The translations under genes and the position numbers were made by a program. This document shows, one piece after another, positions 14,208 through 26,433 of a stretch of DNA of 64,000 nt. The first letter of the stretch is position 1; each line of letters opens with the position of its first letter. The stretch comes from Octopus vulgaris (taxonomy: Eukaryota): positions 19,530,001-19,594,000 of the forward strand of contig OX597817.1 of NCBI GenBank assembly GCA_951406725.2, written 5' to 3'. The notes beneath the pieces were generated by a model. The model did no database searches. It was given only the letters and a program-made list of their open reading frames with translations, and was not told the DNA's origin.

Positions 14208-15242
14208 TAACAACAAACATTGTAAATAATGAAATTAATGTACATAATTACTCATCTCTTAAATATAGAATTGAAAATAATGATAGTAACAACATTACTT
14301 GGCGTAGTCTATTGTCTTTATTGGTTGATGATCTTTTAACCGTAGGCTGTTTCGGATGCAGCAGGCCGTTGTTTGAATTCTTAAGTGCAATAACCGGAAG
14401 CATTGTTTGAAATATACTGTTTATCTCGGTGTAGCTGACGTTCATATCTACTGCCAACTCTATAAAGCAGCGGTGATACATACGGAGAAACATGTGAGAA
14501 TCTGAGTTTAAATTTAAGAATCATGTTATTGCGATATATCTTATGATTTGGGATACGTAGAACTAAGCCAATAAATGTTCCTTCTTTCTGGTTCAACTAG
14601 TGCCAAATAGTGAGACATCACGTACTTTATATAGCCTTTTGACTCATCAAAATTTGCAGCTAAATTACGCTGAAAGTATACAAATGCTTACCGAAATTAG
14701 AAAGAAAATTCTTCTTTAATCCTTGATATGTGTGGCCAGAAAAAATTAAATTGAAAATCATATTTGGTATGACATTGTGAATAAGTCTCTTCAGTCACAA
14801 GTGACACTGAATATGCAACAATAATATTTTCCATGGCAATACTGAAAATAATAACGGTGGTTTGGGCACCACAGTAGCAAAACTGTGCCGAATCCGTCAA
14901 CATTTTATTGTATCTCTTAGAATTACAGAACAATTCATTTTAACCTCATTTGCTTCGGCCCTAGAAAAAATAATTTATTGCAGTGAGCAGATTTATATAA
15001 ACACTGTTCATAGTTATTACCGAAGGATTACAGCTTACAGGCTTATACCTACCGGGATTATTTTTTCCTTTGAATCGGGGCAGCGGTTCGGGAGTTAAAT
15101 ACAGCATCAAAGCGGCGAAATATAACAAACTGACATGTATACGTACATATTTGTATACGTACATCCATCCAGATCTCTGAATCCTTTATTTTTTCTAATA
15201 TAGATTATCTGTACATTATATCCAAACCTTTTAATATATAAT

Positions 15243-15289
<47 letters not shown>

Positions 15290-15321
15290 TTTATTTTAAG
15301 CAGCAGAAAATTCAACAAAAT

Positions 15322-15359
15322 CTGTTACTCTGAGTTTCTCGTTGCCGTTCATCAGACAG
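15322..15359 (-). ncRNA. Minimal type I hammerhead ribozyme at the 3' end of Penelope element A
   Basis: Minus strand: CUGU-CUGAUGA-aCG-GCAA-CGa-GAAAC-UCAGA-GUA-ACAG. One mismatch at the base of stem II. Confidence 0.7.
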
Positions 15360-16380
15360 TTTTTGCTAGAATGGAACATATATATTAATTCAATCTATAC
15401 TCTTACAAACGCTACACCTTTAAAAAGAAATGGACTTGTTTGATTGGCCCTTTAGAAAAAAACGGTCAATCTTCGAGCGATAAACAAAAAGGTCAAAAAT
15501 ATATGTATATAAATATAAAAAACTTATAAAAATTATAAAATCCGAGGAAAAAACCGAGGAAAAAACCTATTGCCGTTAATGAAGACAGTACAAATTAATG
15601 CATAGAAATTAAACCTGTTATAAATACTGCAATACATATTTATATTAAAATCCACATATATATATCAACATACACAAAAGGATGCGCGTAAACGCCATAC
15701 ATACATATACAGACGTATGAATATGAATCTAAATTATACACATAAAAGCATGTGTACATATATTCACGCAAACCGTCTCGCACGCAAGCTAAAATTCATC
15801 TATGTAGCAATTCTCATATACTGAGCAAGGAGGGGGAACGAAAGAAAGGGAAAGAGAGAAAAAAGAAACGAAGGAGGGGTGGGGAAAAAAACTTGTAGCG
15901 ATATTATTGGCATCTATAGAGGCCAGTATACATACACAAGTTTGAATTGATACATATACATACCGTCGTGTGTATGCGTGCTTAAGCACAAGCATACTTT
16001 CACTTACACATACACATATACGCATGCTTACAAATACATATGCTTTGCTATACACAAACTTATATAAACATTCTAAATTTGACAACATTGCTTTTTTTAA
16101 AAAAACATTGCTTTTAAAAAATGGGTGCATTAATAAAAATATATACGAAAGACATATAAAATAAAATAAAATAAAATATAACATCCTATTTTGGGTCATT
16201 TATAAATAATCAAGGTAATATAAATAATCAAGGTAATCTTATGCAATACAATAACATGAAAACAAAGTTTGTAGGTTTTTCCTAATATATATGTAGAAAC
16301 AATAAGACTTTGCTATAGGTCCGTCGTAGCGCTCAAGAGTCAAAATCAAAATCAAAAAATCAAAATACAAAATATATACT

Positions 16381-17478
16381 CTATCCATATGGTATATTTA
16401 TATTCGACATTTTAAATTTAGCCGTGTGCCTACATAAGTTCATTAATTCACTTCTTTGATTCAAAGAATTGTTGTCTTTGAATAATATGTGCATTTTTTC
16501 TAATAAGCAAAGCCTGCACTTGAAATTATATTTGTAAGCTCCATGCCTGTATGGTGCCGCCCTGTCCAGAATGCTCCATGTCACGTTGAAAGGTGGGGCT
16601 TCCTTTTCTTTTAGTTCCCAGACATATTTTGCTAGGCTGGTTTTCTTTCTATTCTCTGGGTATTTAAAAGAATTCTTATGAGAATAAAATCTTGTTTTAA
16701 ATGAATTTTCTGAAGCCCCTGTGTATGTCTTGTATTCCGATGAGCCTTCCACTTGCACCTTGGCTCTATAAACTACTCCTTTCACTAGACATTTCCCTTC
16801 TAACGGACTGGAGCTTTCGTTTTTGCAATTACATTTCTTAATGGGCTCGGCACCATGTCTAATCTCAATTAGCTTCCTATTATGTTGGCTAATGTAAGAG
16901 GCGAAATTTCTGCAACAAGAATAGCTAACCTTCAGGGTTCTTCTATTAAATATTTTGTAGAATTTATGACCCTGCCTAAAATGCTTAGAGACTAATCTCA
17001 AAAATTCTTTACCTATATTAGTCTTTACGGCCAAATTGAAAGCCGGGTTGAACCACAAAACTTTCCTGGTCCTAGTTCTTCGTGCAGCATTATTATTAGC
17101 ATTAAGCTGGTTGAACTGGATCTTCTCCGAGAATCCACTATTCTTTAATGCGCTATCGTAATAAGGTGCAGCATTATGGAATGCTGCCTCGTCCGAAGAA
17201 ATTGAAGATATTCTTCTACCTACATTGCTGACTAAGTTGCTAAGGATAACTGGTGGATGGTTCGAATCTTTGCTAATATACGATAGCTTTTCATTGGGCT
17301 TACGGAAAGGTTTAAATCTATCCGATCTTACATTAAAATTTACGTCTAAAAAATCTACACTATTCAGGTTAGTATCTATCGTAATCCGTAAGCCCATCCT
17401 TTGAAAGAAAGCTATAAGGTCCTTCCTAAGTCTATCTGATTCATGGCCGTTTAGATTATGCGTGGCTATAAGGCCTTC
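16381..17478 (-). CDS. Penelope-like RT C-terminus/thumb + GIY-YIG endonuclease (truncated at the YxDD motif)
   Basis: DEGLIA (from YRDDGL), VDFLDV, SNHPP, VLWFNP, CNCK...CLVKGVVYRAKV...YTGASE..FKTRFYSH, CRLCLLEK...LNQRSELMNLCRH. Confidence 0.88.
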   Translation of the reverse strand, partial: EGLIATHNLNGHESDRLRKDLIAFFQRMGLRITIDTNLNSVDFLDVNFNVRSDRFKPFRKPNEKLSYISKDSNHPPVILSNLVSNVGRRISSISSDEAAFHNAAPYYDSALKNSGFSEKIQFNQLNANNNAARRTRTRKVLWFNPAFNLAVKTNIGKEFLRLVSKHFRQGHKFYKIFNRRTLKVSYSCCRNFASYISQHNRKLIEIRHGAEPIKKCNCKNESSSPLEGKCLVKGVVYRAKVQVEGSSEYKTYTGASENSFKTRFYSHKNSFKYPENRKKTSLAKYVWELKEKEAPPFNVTWSILDRAAPYRHGAYKYNFKCRLCLLEKMHILFKDNNSLNQRSELMNLCRHTAKFKMSNINIPYG

Positions 17479-17671
17479 ATCGGGAAGCAACGTATTTGTG
17501 TGAAGTCAATATTTACAGCCATTTCCAAAAAATAGTGTTGGATGTTTTGCACCCGTATTCAATTATGTGTATGTGTAGAACCATATATTTGTGTGTGTCA
17601 TGGTGTTAATATCTGGGTAAAGGTGTGTGTAGGGTGTGTGCAGGTGTAAGTGTGTTTGTTGTGGGTTCGTG

Positions 17672-19231
17672 TTAGGGGCATGTGTTTAGAAGTGGTCTGT
17701 ATTTATTAATAAGGTGGGATTCCATGGTTATTCGCTGGGTATGAGTGGCATTGTCTTTAAATTTGTAGAGGGGAAAGATTCTAAAATTGGGATGGAGTTG
17801 TGCGGCACAGGTATCAATATGTGCACTAAATGCTATTTTTCTATATTCCTGTATTTTTATTTGGGATCTGTGGACAGTCATGCGTTGGCGGAGGCTATTT
17901 TTTGTTTGGCCTATGTAGTGTTCATTACAGCCCGAGCAAGTTAAGACATATACTAGGTTTTCTGATGCGCATGTGAAGTTGTGTTTTACTCTGAAACGTT
18001 GTCCTTGTTTAAAAAGGAATTCCGGACCTTCTATTAGGTTGATGCATATACCACAGTTGGGTCTATTGCATTTGTTTACTGTGGGTTTAGTTGTTGTGGT
18101 TGGCAGTACTTTGGCATTTGTTAGGATGGTTTTCAATGATTTGGGTTGCCTTTTGCTCTTTATGATTTCGTGTGTTAGGAGGATTTGGTTCATTCTATGG
18201 TCCTTTTGTAATACAGGAATGTTCTGGAGGATGGTGTCAAAAGCTTCATTGTTGAGGGGGTTGTGTGTAGAGATGTATGGTAGAGTATGGGGTTTCGATG
18301 TAACAGGTTTAGGGCGTCTAAGTTCCTGCGTGCTGAGTTTTAGGGCGCGTTGGATCCCATTGTCAATTAGTGACGTGGGGTAATCCCTGCTTGTTAATGT
18401 GCCCTTGAGTTCTTGTAGACGTAAGAGACGGGTGTTTTTATTGGAGACTATAGTGCAAATTCTCTTGGCTAAGTTGTAGGGAATGTTAATTTTAACGTGT
18501 CTAGGGTGGCATGAATTGAAAGGGAGGTATTGCTTGGAGTCTGTGGGCTTGTAGTATATGTCTGTTTCTATTTTTTTGTTGTGAATTTTAATGAGGATGT
18601 CGAGGAAGGGAATTTGTTGAGGGCTGTATTCCATTGTGAAAATAATGTTTGTGTTGAGCCCATTTATAAGAGTGTGAAATTCGTTAAGCTTCTCGACGGT
18701 TTCGGGCCAAAGGATGAAGCAGTCATCAAGATATCTCTTCCAGTTCTTCTCTATGTGTGTGTGGAGAGTGGTGCCAAATTGGTTAAGAACGTTATTATAG
18801 AGGGTGATTTCCAGGTATCCCATGACTAAGTTGGCGTAAGTGGGAGCTGTTTTCGTTCCCATTGCCGTCCCTGATTTCTGTCTGTAGAATTTGTTGTTGA
18901 AGGTGAAGAAATTATTCTCTAAGATGAATTTGAGTCCTTCTAAAATAAATTCCTTTTTGATGCGGTGTGGGAGTTCGTTGGAGTAATTATCCAGCCAGAA
19001 TTGGATAGCTTCTATTCCTAGGTTGTGGGGGATGTTGGAGTAAAGATTGACTACATCGAATGTTACTAGCAGGGTTTGTTCAGCAAGAAGTGTATTGGGG
19101 AGGTGGTTGAGCATATCTAGATCGTCCCTTATGTAGCTTTTAATGTGTTTGAGGAACGGCTTGAGAAGGGTATCAATGAAGTTGCTAAGGCGGTGGGTTT
19201 CGCAAGCGGGACCTGCTATTATAGGTCTCAA
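17672..19231 (-). CDS. Penelope-like reverse transcriptase + GIY-YIG endonuclease (Neptune/Naiad-like Cys-rich linker), open but 5'-truncated
   Basis: LRPIIAG, LVTFDVVNLYSNIP, GTAMGTKTAPTYANL, RYLDDCF, IPFLDI, YKPTDSKQYL, CNRPNCGIC, NLVYVLTCSGC..HYIGQT. The annotated ATG at 19249 lies in the opposite arm and is an artefact. Confidence 0.93.
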   Translation of the reverse strand: MRPIIAGPACETHRLSNFIDTLLKPFLKHIKSYIRDDLDMLNHLPNTLLAEQTLLVTFDVVNLYSNIPHNLGIEAIQFWLDNYSNELPHRIKKEFILEGLKFILENNFFTFNNKFYRQKSGTAMGTKTAPTYANLVMGYLEITLYNNVLNQFGTTLHTHIEKNWKRYLDDCFILWPETVEKLNEFHTLINGLNTNIIFTMEYSPQQIPFLDILIKIHNKKIETDIYYKPTDSKQYLPFNSCHPRHVKINIPYNLAKRICTIVSNKNTRLLRLQELKGTLTSRDYPTSLIDNGIQRALKLSTQELRRPKPVTSKPHTLPYISTHNPLNNEAFDTILQNIPVLQKDHRMNQILLTHEIIKSKRQPKSLKTILTNAKVLPTTTTKPTVNKCNRPNCGICINLIEGPEFLFKQGQRFRVKHNFTCASENLVYVLTCSGCNEHYIGQTKNSLRQRMTVHRSQIKIQEYRKIAFSAHIDTCAAQLHPNFRIFPLYKFKDNATHTQRITMESHLINKYRPLLNTCP

Positions 19232-20718
19232 GCCGTTCCTCAAACACATTAAAAGCTACATAAGGGACGATCTAGATATGCTCAACCACCTCCCCAATAC
19301 ACTTCTTGCTGAACAAACCCTGCTAGTAACATTCGATGTAGTCAATCTTTACTCCAACATCCCCCACAACCTAGGAATAGAAGCTATCCAATTCTGGCTG
19401 GATAATTACTCCAACGAACTCCCACACCGCATCAAAAAGGAATTTATTTTAGAAGGACTCAAATTCATCTTAGAGAATAATTTCTTCACCTTCAACAACA
19501 AATTCTACAGACAGAAATCAGGGACGGCAATGGGAACGAAAACAGCTCCCACTTACGCCAACTTAGTCATGGGATACCTGGAAATCACCCTCTATAATAA
19601 CGTTCTTAACCAATTTGGCACCACTCTCCACACACACATAGAGAAGAACTGGAAGAGATATCTTGATGACTGCTTCATCCTTTGGCCCGAAACCGTCGAG
19701 AAGCTTAACGAATTTCACACTCTTATAAATGGGCTCAACACAAACATTATTTTCACAATGGAATACAGCCCTCAATAAATTCCCTTCCTCGACATCCTCA
19801 TTAAAATTCACAACAAAAAAATAGAAACAGACATATACTACAAGCCCACAGACTCCAAGCAATACCTCCCTTTCAATTCATGCCACCCTAGACACGTTAA
19901 AATTAACATTCCCTACAACTTAGCCAAGAGAATTTGCACTATAGTCTCCAATAAAAACACCCGTCTCTTACGTCTACAAGAACTCAAGGGCACATTAACA
20001 AGCAGGGATTACCCCACGTCACTAATTGACAATGGGATCCAACGCGCCCTAAAACTCAGCACGCAGGAACTTAGACGCCCTAAACCTGTTACATCGAAAC
20101 CCCATACTCTACCATACATCTCTACACACAACCCCCTCAACAATGAAGCTTTTGACACCATCCTCCAGAACATTCCTGTATTACAAAAGGACCATAGAAT
20201 GAACCAAATCCTCCTAACACACGAAATCATAAAGAGCAAAAGGCAACCCAAATCATTGAAAACCATCCTAACAAATGCCAAAGTACTGCCAACCACAACA
20301 ACTAAACCCACAGTAAACAAATGCAATAGACCCAACTGTGGTATATGCATCAACCTAATAGAAGGTCCGAATTCCTTTTTAAACAAGGACAACGTTTCAG
20401 AGTAAAACACAACTTCACATGCGCATCAGAAAACCTAGTATATGTCTTAACTTGCTCGGGCTGTAATGAACACTACATAGGCCAAACAAAAAATAGCCTC
20501 CGCCAACGCATGACTGTCCACAGATCCCAAATAAAAATACAGGAATATAGAAAAATAGCATTTAGTGCACATATTGATACCTGTGCCGCACAACTCCATC
20601 CCAATTTTAGAATCTTTCCCTCTACAAATTTAAAGACAATGCCACTCATACCCAGCGAATAACCATGGAATCCCACCTTATTAATAAATACAGACCACTT
20701 CTAAACACATGCCCCTAA
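19226..20718 (+). pseudogene. Inverted, disrupted copy of the element B RT/GIY-YIG ORF
   Basis: Same peptides as 17672-19231 with CAA>TAA at 19776 and two 1-bp deletions (~20369, ~20620). Confidence 0.92.
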
Positions 20719-21492
20719 CACGAACCCACAACAAACACACTTACACCTGCACACACCCTACACACACCTTTACCCAGATATTAACACCATGACACACACA
20801 AATATATGGTTCCACACATACACATAATTGAATACGGGTGCAAAACATCCAACACTATTTTTTGGAAATGGCTGTAAATATTGACTTCACACAAATACGT
20901 TGCTTCCCGATACAGGCACAAGGCCAGCAGAACTATAAATATTGAAAATTGTACCCACACACACACACATATATGCGCGCGCGCGCACACACATACATAC
21001 ATACAGCTCTCCCTGTTCTAAACGAACTTACTTATCCAGTCAAGCGGAAAATACACTCCCTAACTACGCGCTAAAAAGCTATTTAAAATATCCACATGAC
21101 GTCTACTGACCAGCCTGAACAATAAGAATTTTCAACAACACTATTTTCGAAAATTCTAAACATTCACGTGACCTCTTTATTATGGCCAATAAGAAATTTT
21201 AGGCGGAACACTAGCCAAATTTTAACTTCTCTGGAGCCTTTTTTCTTACCCCAACACCAACTTCCATTCAAACATTCACGTGACCCCTTCATAATGACCA
21301 ATCAAAATTTTAGGCGCGAAACCAAGCAAATCCCAAACAACTCTGGAGCCTCTTTTTTTCACATATAAGAGACAGACTCTAATCTCTCTTTATATTTTGA
21401 TAAGCATAACAAATGCGCAACCGGTAAAAAGAACTTTCACCTAATTAAATTACTTAAATTACTTCAATTATTTGTCAGCATTTTCTTCATTT

Positions 21493-21549
<57 letters not shown>

Positions 21550-21558
21550 CATAAAGGC

Positions 21559-22440
21559 AGAAATTGATATTAATCACTTAAAACCAGTGGCCTAGCATAT
21601 TTTAAAAAATCCGAAGATTAAAAATTTTTACTTACAAAATTTAGAGGAATGACCACTAATAGTGGAAAGCCTGTACGCTAGAAATAGATGTCAATATTTA
21701 CGCATCCATATACGTAAATATTAACAAGTGGCACTAAGTAGTACATAGGTAATCGTTTTTTATTTCATATATTTTCATTTGTCTTTCTTATTTTTACACT
21801 TTGGTTTTTGCTGATTTTTTTCTTGAGAACACTTTCTTCGTGGTAAATGGCGAATTTGACGTCTATTTCTAGCATACAGGCTGTCCACTATAAGTGGTCA
21901 TTCCTCTAAATTTTGTATGTAGAAAAATTTTTAATCTTCAGATTTTTTTAAAATATGCTAGGCCACTGGTTTTAATTGATTAATATCAATTTCTACCCTT
22001 ATTTAATTTTAGATAAAAAATGTTCTCTAGCCGGTAAAGTAACTGCTGTAGTTTATTAACTGCAGAGTAATTTCTGATCTCAGTGCGCTAAAGTGAAGGC
22101 ATTTGAAAGATACACATAAATATAATTTGTGGAGCTTTATACATGCTGGATTTCGGTCGATCGCCCTGTATCTAGTTCTAGAAATTTTATTTCGTAAACG
22201 GCAGACTATGCTGATGATCTTGCAGATGTTTGCGTATCCATATACGTAAATATTAACAAGTGAAACTAATTATTACATAGGTAATCGTTTTTTATTTCGT
22301 ATATATTTAATTGGTCTTGCTTATTTTTATACTTTGGTTTTTCCTGAAATTTTTCTTGAGAACACATTCTTCGTGGTAAATGGCGAATTTGACGTCTATT
22401 TCTAGCATACAGGCTGTCCACTATTAGTGGTCATTCCTCT

Positions 22441-22445
<5 letters not shown>
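21559..22445. repeat. Rearranged repeat: inverted arms 21559-21694 / 21856-21994 plus direct duplication 21705-21912 / 22236-22445
   Basis: accagtggcctagcatatttt vs aaaatatgctaggccactggt. ttgacgtctatttctagcatacaggctgtccacta occurs twice. (TA)n on both sides. Confidence 0.85.
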
Positions 22446-22499
<54 letters not shown>

Positions 22500-22500
<1 letters not shown>

Positions 22501-23145
22501 TATACGTAAATGGATATATAACTTCTGTATCTGTAAATTAAGGCGGCCATTAGTTTCATGGTGAGAAAAGTAGGAAAATATTCTAGTGTCTCAAGCATTT
22601 TTCAAGTTGATAACATGGAGAAAGATGTTCGCCTCTATTTTTAGAAAACACTCTGTCTTCGTTTGTGGGATTTCTAGTAAATTCGCATTAATAATGAATT
22701 CAATGAATCAATGAATCAAGGGACTTTACTCTTTACTGGCATCTTTTGGATGTTTTTCTCCTTTGGTTTTGTCTTTTGAGTAATTGTTTTTTTCTTTTCT
22801 TGTTGTTAATTTCTTTGCATTATTTTGCATTATTTGTTTTATTCTGAGAATGGTGTTCTTGTACTTGTATGTTGAAGTGGTTCGTCATCTGGGCATATTT
22901 CTTCTTTGTGTGAAGTTTGTGTGCTATGTGTGTTCACGTTTAGGAAACGGGCTATCCTGGTATGGTTACCCTCGTCTATATGGGCTCTTCTATGAAATAT
23001 ACGAGTATAAAATACTGCTTGTGTATGCAGAGAGAGATGGATTCATCCCTAATGTTTCAGATGTTATCTGTTGATTGTATAATGTTTAATTTTTCAGTAA
23101 TACAGAGTTCACATTTGGTACCCGTCCTTTGTATTCTTTGTCTTT
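22500..23145 (-). mobile_element. Decayed 3' end of another Penelope-like element
   Basis: Reverse complement of ~23000-23140 translates KCELCITEKLNIIQSTDNI*NIRDESISLCIHK, homologous to KCRLCLLEK...LNQRSELMNLCRH of element A. Confidence 0.7.
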
Positions 23146-23798
23146 AGCGAGTAGGATAGAGAAACGGAAGAAGTCAAGTTACAGAGGAGTGAAGAGAAGT
23201 AAGTAAATGATAGAGGAAGGTATCACTTACTAGAATAAACGGTACAGGATGGTCAACATTTGGGGAAATGAAAGTCATGAAGATATCCATTCCTTACTTC
23301 TCTTCACCCCTCTGTAATCTGTCTTCTTCCTTTTCTCTTTTCTGCTTGTACTTTTCCATGTTTTCCACCCTATCCGGCGCACTCATTATTCCTTCACTAT
23401 TCGGTTGTTCTGCTGACATGTATGTATATAAACACTGACATAACTGGCAAACATAGAATATAATATATGCAGGGAAATCTTAAATACTTCATAACACCTA
23501 TTTATGCATTTGAATGTAATATGGAAATGAAAATTTCAATGGATACGTTGCTAGTTGCGAGTGAGAGCAAGATTACAAGTTAATATAGATTAAGAAACAG
23601 AATTGAATCCCAAAATGTATCAGTTTACAGAACATATCATACAATGACATCATATCCAGGAATGCAGTAAATGAATAATTCGCACAGTTAAAAAGGAATC
23701 CGTGTCATAATTATGAATATATAAGGAACGATGGTATATGTGTGTATGCATGTACGAACGTATGGGTGTATGTATCTATCTATTTCTCTGTGTACCTA

Positions 23799-23829
<31 letters not shown>

Positions 23830-23867
23830 GGGCATAGGAAGACAAAAGATTAAAGATGCCGCCACCC

Positions 23868-24105
23868 TCATCTGGTTTTCTCCCATGAGGTAGGCTCATC
23901 TGGAATCCTTGACAGGAAGAGAACGAGTTTTGATTTGAAGACACCTAGATCCACACCATGCAGGTCCCGCAGGTATTTTGGAAGGATATTGAATAACTGG
24001 AGGCGCTTGAAACACAAGCTGTTGCAGTATCTGGTCCTGTATTTTGATGGAGATACAGGGATTCTTGGCAGTCTGCAGTGGCGTCTCAGTGCCAAAGTTT
24101 GGTAC
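23868..24105 (-). mobile_element. 3' end of a CR1-group LINE
   Basis: LFNILPKYLRDLHGVDLGVFKSKLVLFLSRIPDEP is a typical ORF2 C-terminus of CR1-group LINEs. Confidence 0.65.
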
Positions 24106-24175
24106 AATACACACACACATACACACAGACACTCACACACACACAAACACCGACACACATATATGCACACGAATA

Positions 24176-24223
<48 letters not shown>

Positions 24224-24424
24224 TATATAAGTATACATATATGTATATCTGTATCTATCTATGTCTATCTCTCTAGATATATACATATATATATAAGTAT
24301 ACATATATGTATATCTGTATCTATCTATCTATATCTATATATATATATTTATGTATGTATACATGTTTGTGTGTATGTGTGCATGTGTATGTATGATATC
24401 TATCTATCTAACTATCTATCTCTT

Positions 24425-24460
<36 letters not shown>

Positions 24461-25423
24461 CATATGTATATATGAGCATTTATATGCAATTAAATGTATA
24501 TACACATATTTACAAATAACTTCATACATACATTCACTTCCTCTCTCACACACATACGCAGTTACACAATAGTAGCTTTAATCAAAGATCAAAGTGTAAC
24601 AGCGTAGAGAATAGGCGTCGGTGTCTGCCATGATTGTCGTTGTGTGGACACTTTAAATTTGCGTACATTTTTCTCAGAAAATATCTGATGATTAATGAAA
24701 GAAGGGAAACAATGCAAAACGCATAATAAAACAAATAAAGAAAAACTCCTCTTCCACCAACATCTCAGCCAATAAATGCAACCTCATTAACACAATATCG
24801 GCTTCAGCAAGTGTTACACCCATGACAACATTGTGAATAAATAACAAGACATGTTGAAGGATGATCAACAACATGACTACCACTTTAGTAACAAGAGAAA
24901 CAGTAAACGTATCACTGGCTTGGATTTTAATTAACTGCACAATATCGACTGGTTTGTGTATGTTTATATCTGTTAATGCGCTCCATATTCTTGATTAGTG
25001 GCTCTTAACAATTTGTGACAAATTATTGGCAAAAGAAACAATGGAACAAATAAGAAGAGTACAAATATATAGATTCATTTATTGATTATCTGTATCGTAA
25101 TTGGTAGGCCTCTCCGCATTTACTAATTTTGCTATGACTCTAAATATGCACTTTTCGATATCTCCCTGTCAAACTTTAATATATCTACTGTATTACTTTA
25201 AACAATTTTTCATTGAACACGTAACCTATCATTTCTTTCTTTTGTGATCCTTAGTATTTTTTAAACTCTCCCCGAATTTCTGCCTTCCTCACAATTGTGA
25301 TAATTACCTCTCTATGACTCTGCTCTGCTCCTTCGCCTCCCACTCTCCAATCCGTATGCACTGGCACTCTCTTTCTCTCTCTCACACATATTATGTACAT
25401 ATGTATATATGCATATATAATAA

Positions 25424-25469
<46 letters not shown>

Positions 25470-25525
25470 TATATATATGTATATATTTATATAGGTATAT
25501 ATTAGATATGTATATATAGAAATAT

Positions 25526-25593
<68 letters not shown>

Positions 25594-25704
25594 GCATATA
25601 CATATACATGTATACATGTACGTATATAAATATATGGATATACATGCGCATACACATAAGAATATGTGTGTGGGTTTATGTATGCATGTATATAAATATG
25701 TATA

Positions 25705-25785
<81 letters not shown>

Positions 25786-25786
25786 T

Positions 25787-25857
<71 letters not shown>

Positions 25858-26433
25858 ATTCACTCTGACTTACAATTGAAAATATTTTTTGGGAAACTAG
25901 TCGTACCTTGTTCTGATCCGTATCCATAGCCAGTGTATTTTCGCCTTCATATTACCTCAATTATATGACCTTTCAGTTTTCCTTTCGTATCCTCATTTTC
26001 TCTTCATTAAGTTTTGATCCTTTAGCACGATTACAAATTCATTTCTCTCTAATCTCTCTTCACCTGAAATCCTCTCTTAACAGCACTTACGTATATATAT
26101 CTTATTGCTTTTGTTGAATGTCTCATTTTTTGAACATACATTCTTCTTTAAAATATTAAAGAAAGAATAATAGGTACAGAATACATCATTATGATAATAT
26201 CTTTTCGAAGATATGCAATTAGATGTTATGCGATTATTGACTAGTCAACCGATATTGTTTTTACAATTTTTCTTGTTAGTAAAGAAATAAGGTAATGGCT
26301 AGATGTTTAAAATACTTCTCTGCAAATTGCTCTTAATGGGACGTTAACTGACAATCTACTGAACAGCAAATATCTACGTAAAATAGATGCATACGCACAT
26401 ACGCCTGCTCTCATATAAAAGTAAGAACATACA

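Larger units (their letters stand above)
13752..14241. mobile_element. Inverted pair of Penelope pLTR-like fragments around a (TTA)n/(ATA)n palindrome
   Basis: 13801-13920 is the reverse complement of 14097-14216. The microsatellite flips strand near 14020. Confidence 0.8.
15289..17478 (-). mobile_element. Penelope-like element A, 5'-truncated (RT C-terminus + GIY-YIG + 3' UTR/pLTR)
   Basis: ORF 16381..17490 plus a ~1.1-kb 3' region that carries a hammerhead and ends at a (TA)n tract. Confidence 0.85.
17479..20911. mobile_element. 3.4-kb palindrome of Penelope-like element B (arms 17479-19166 and 19226-20911, 59-bp spacer)
   Basis: The arms are reverse complements with only ~4 differences found by eye. 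Both encode the same RT/GIY-YIG peptides. Confidence 0.95.

Noticed and set aside
17462-17490. CCGATGA-A-GGC-loop-GCC on minus resembling a hammerhead at the A/B junction
   Set aside because: No GAAA follows, and the sequence is explained by RT codons D-E-G-L-I-A.
17672-19231. Selenocysteine recoding as reported for some Naiad PLEs
   Set aside because: No in-frame UGA in the open arm. The stop in the other arm is TAA from a point mutation.
22201-22226. ADYADDLA peptide resembling an RT YADD motif
   Set aside because: Too short, with no flanking RT similarity.
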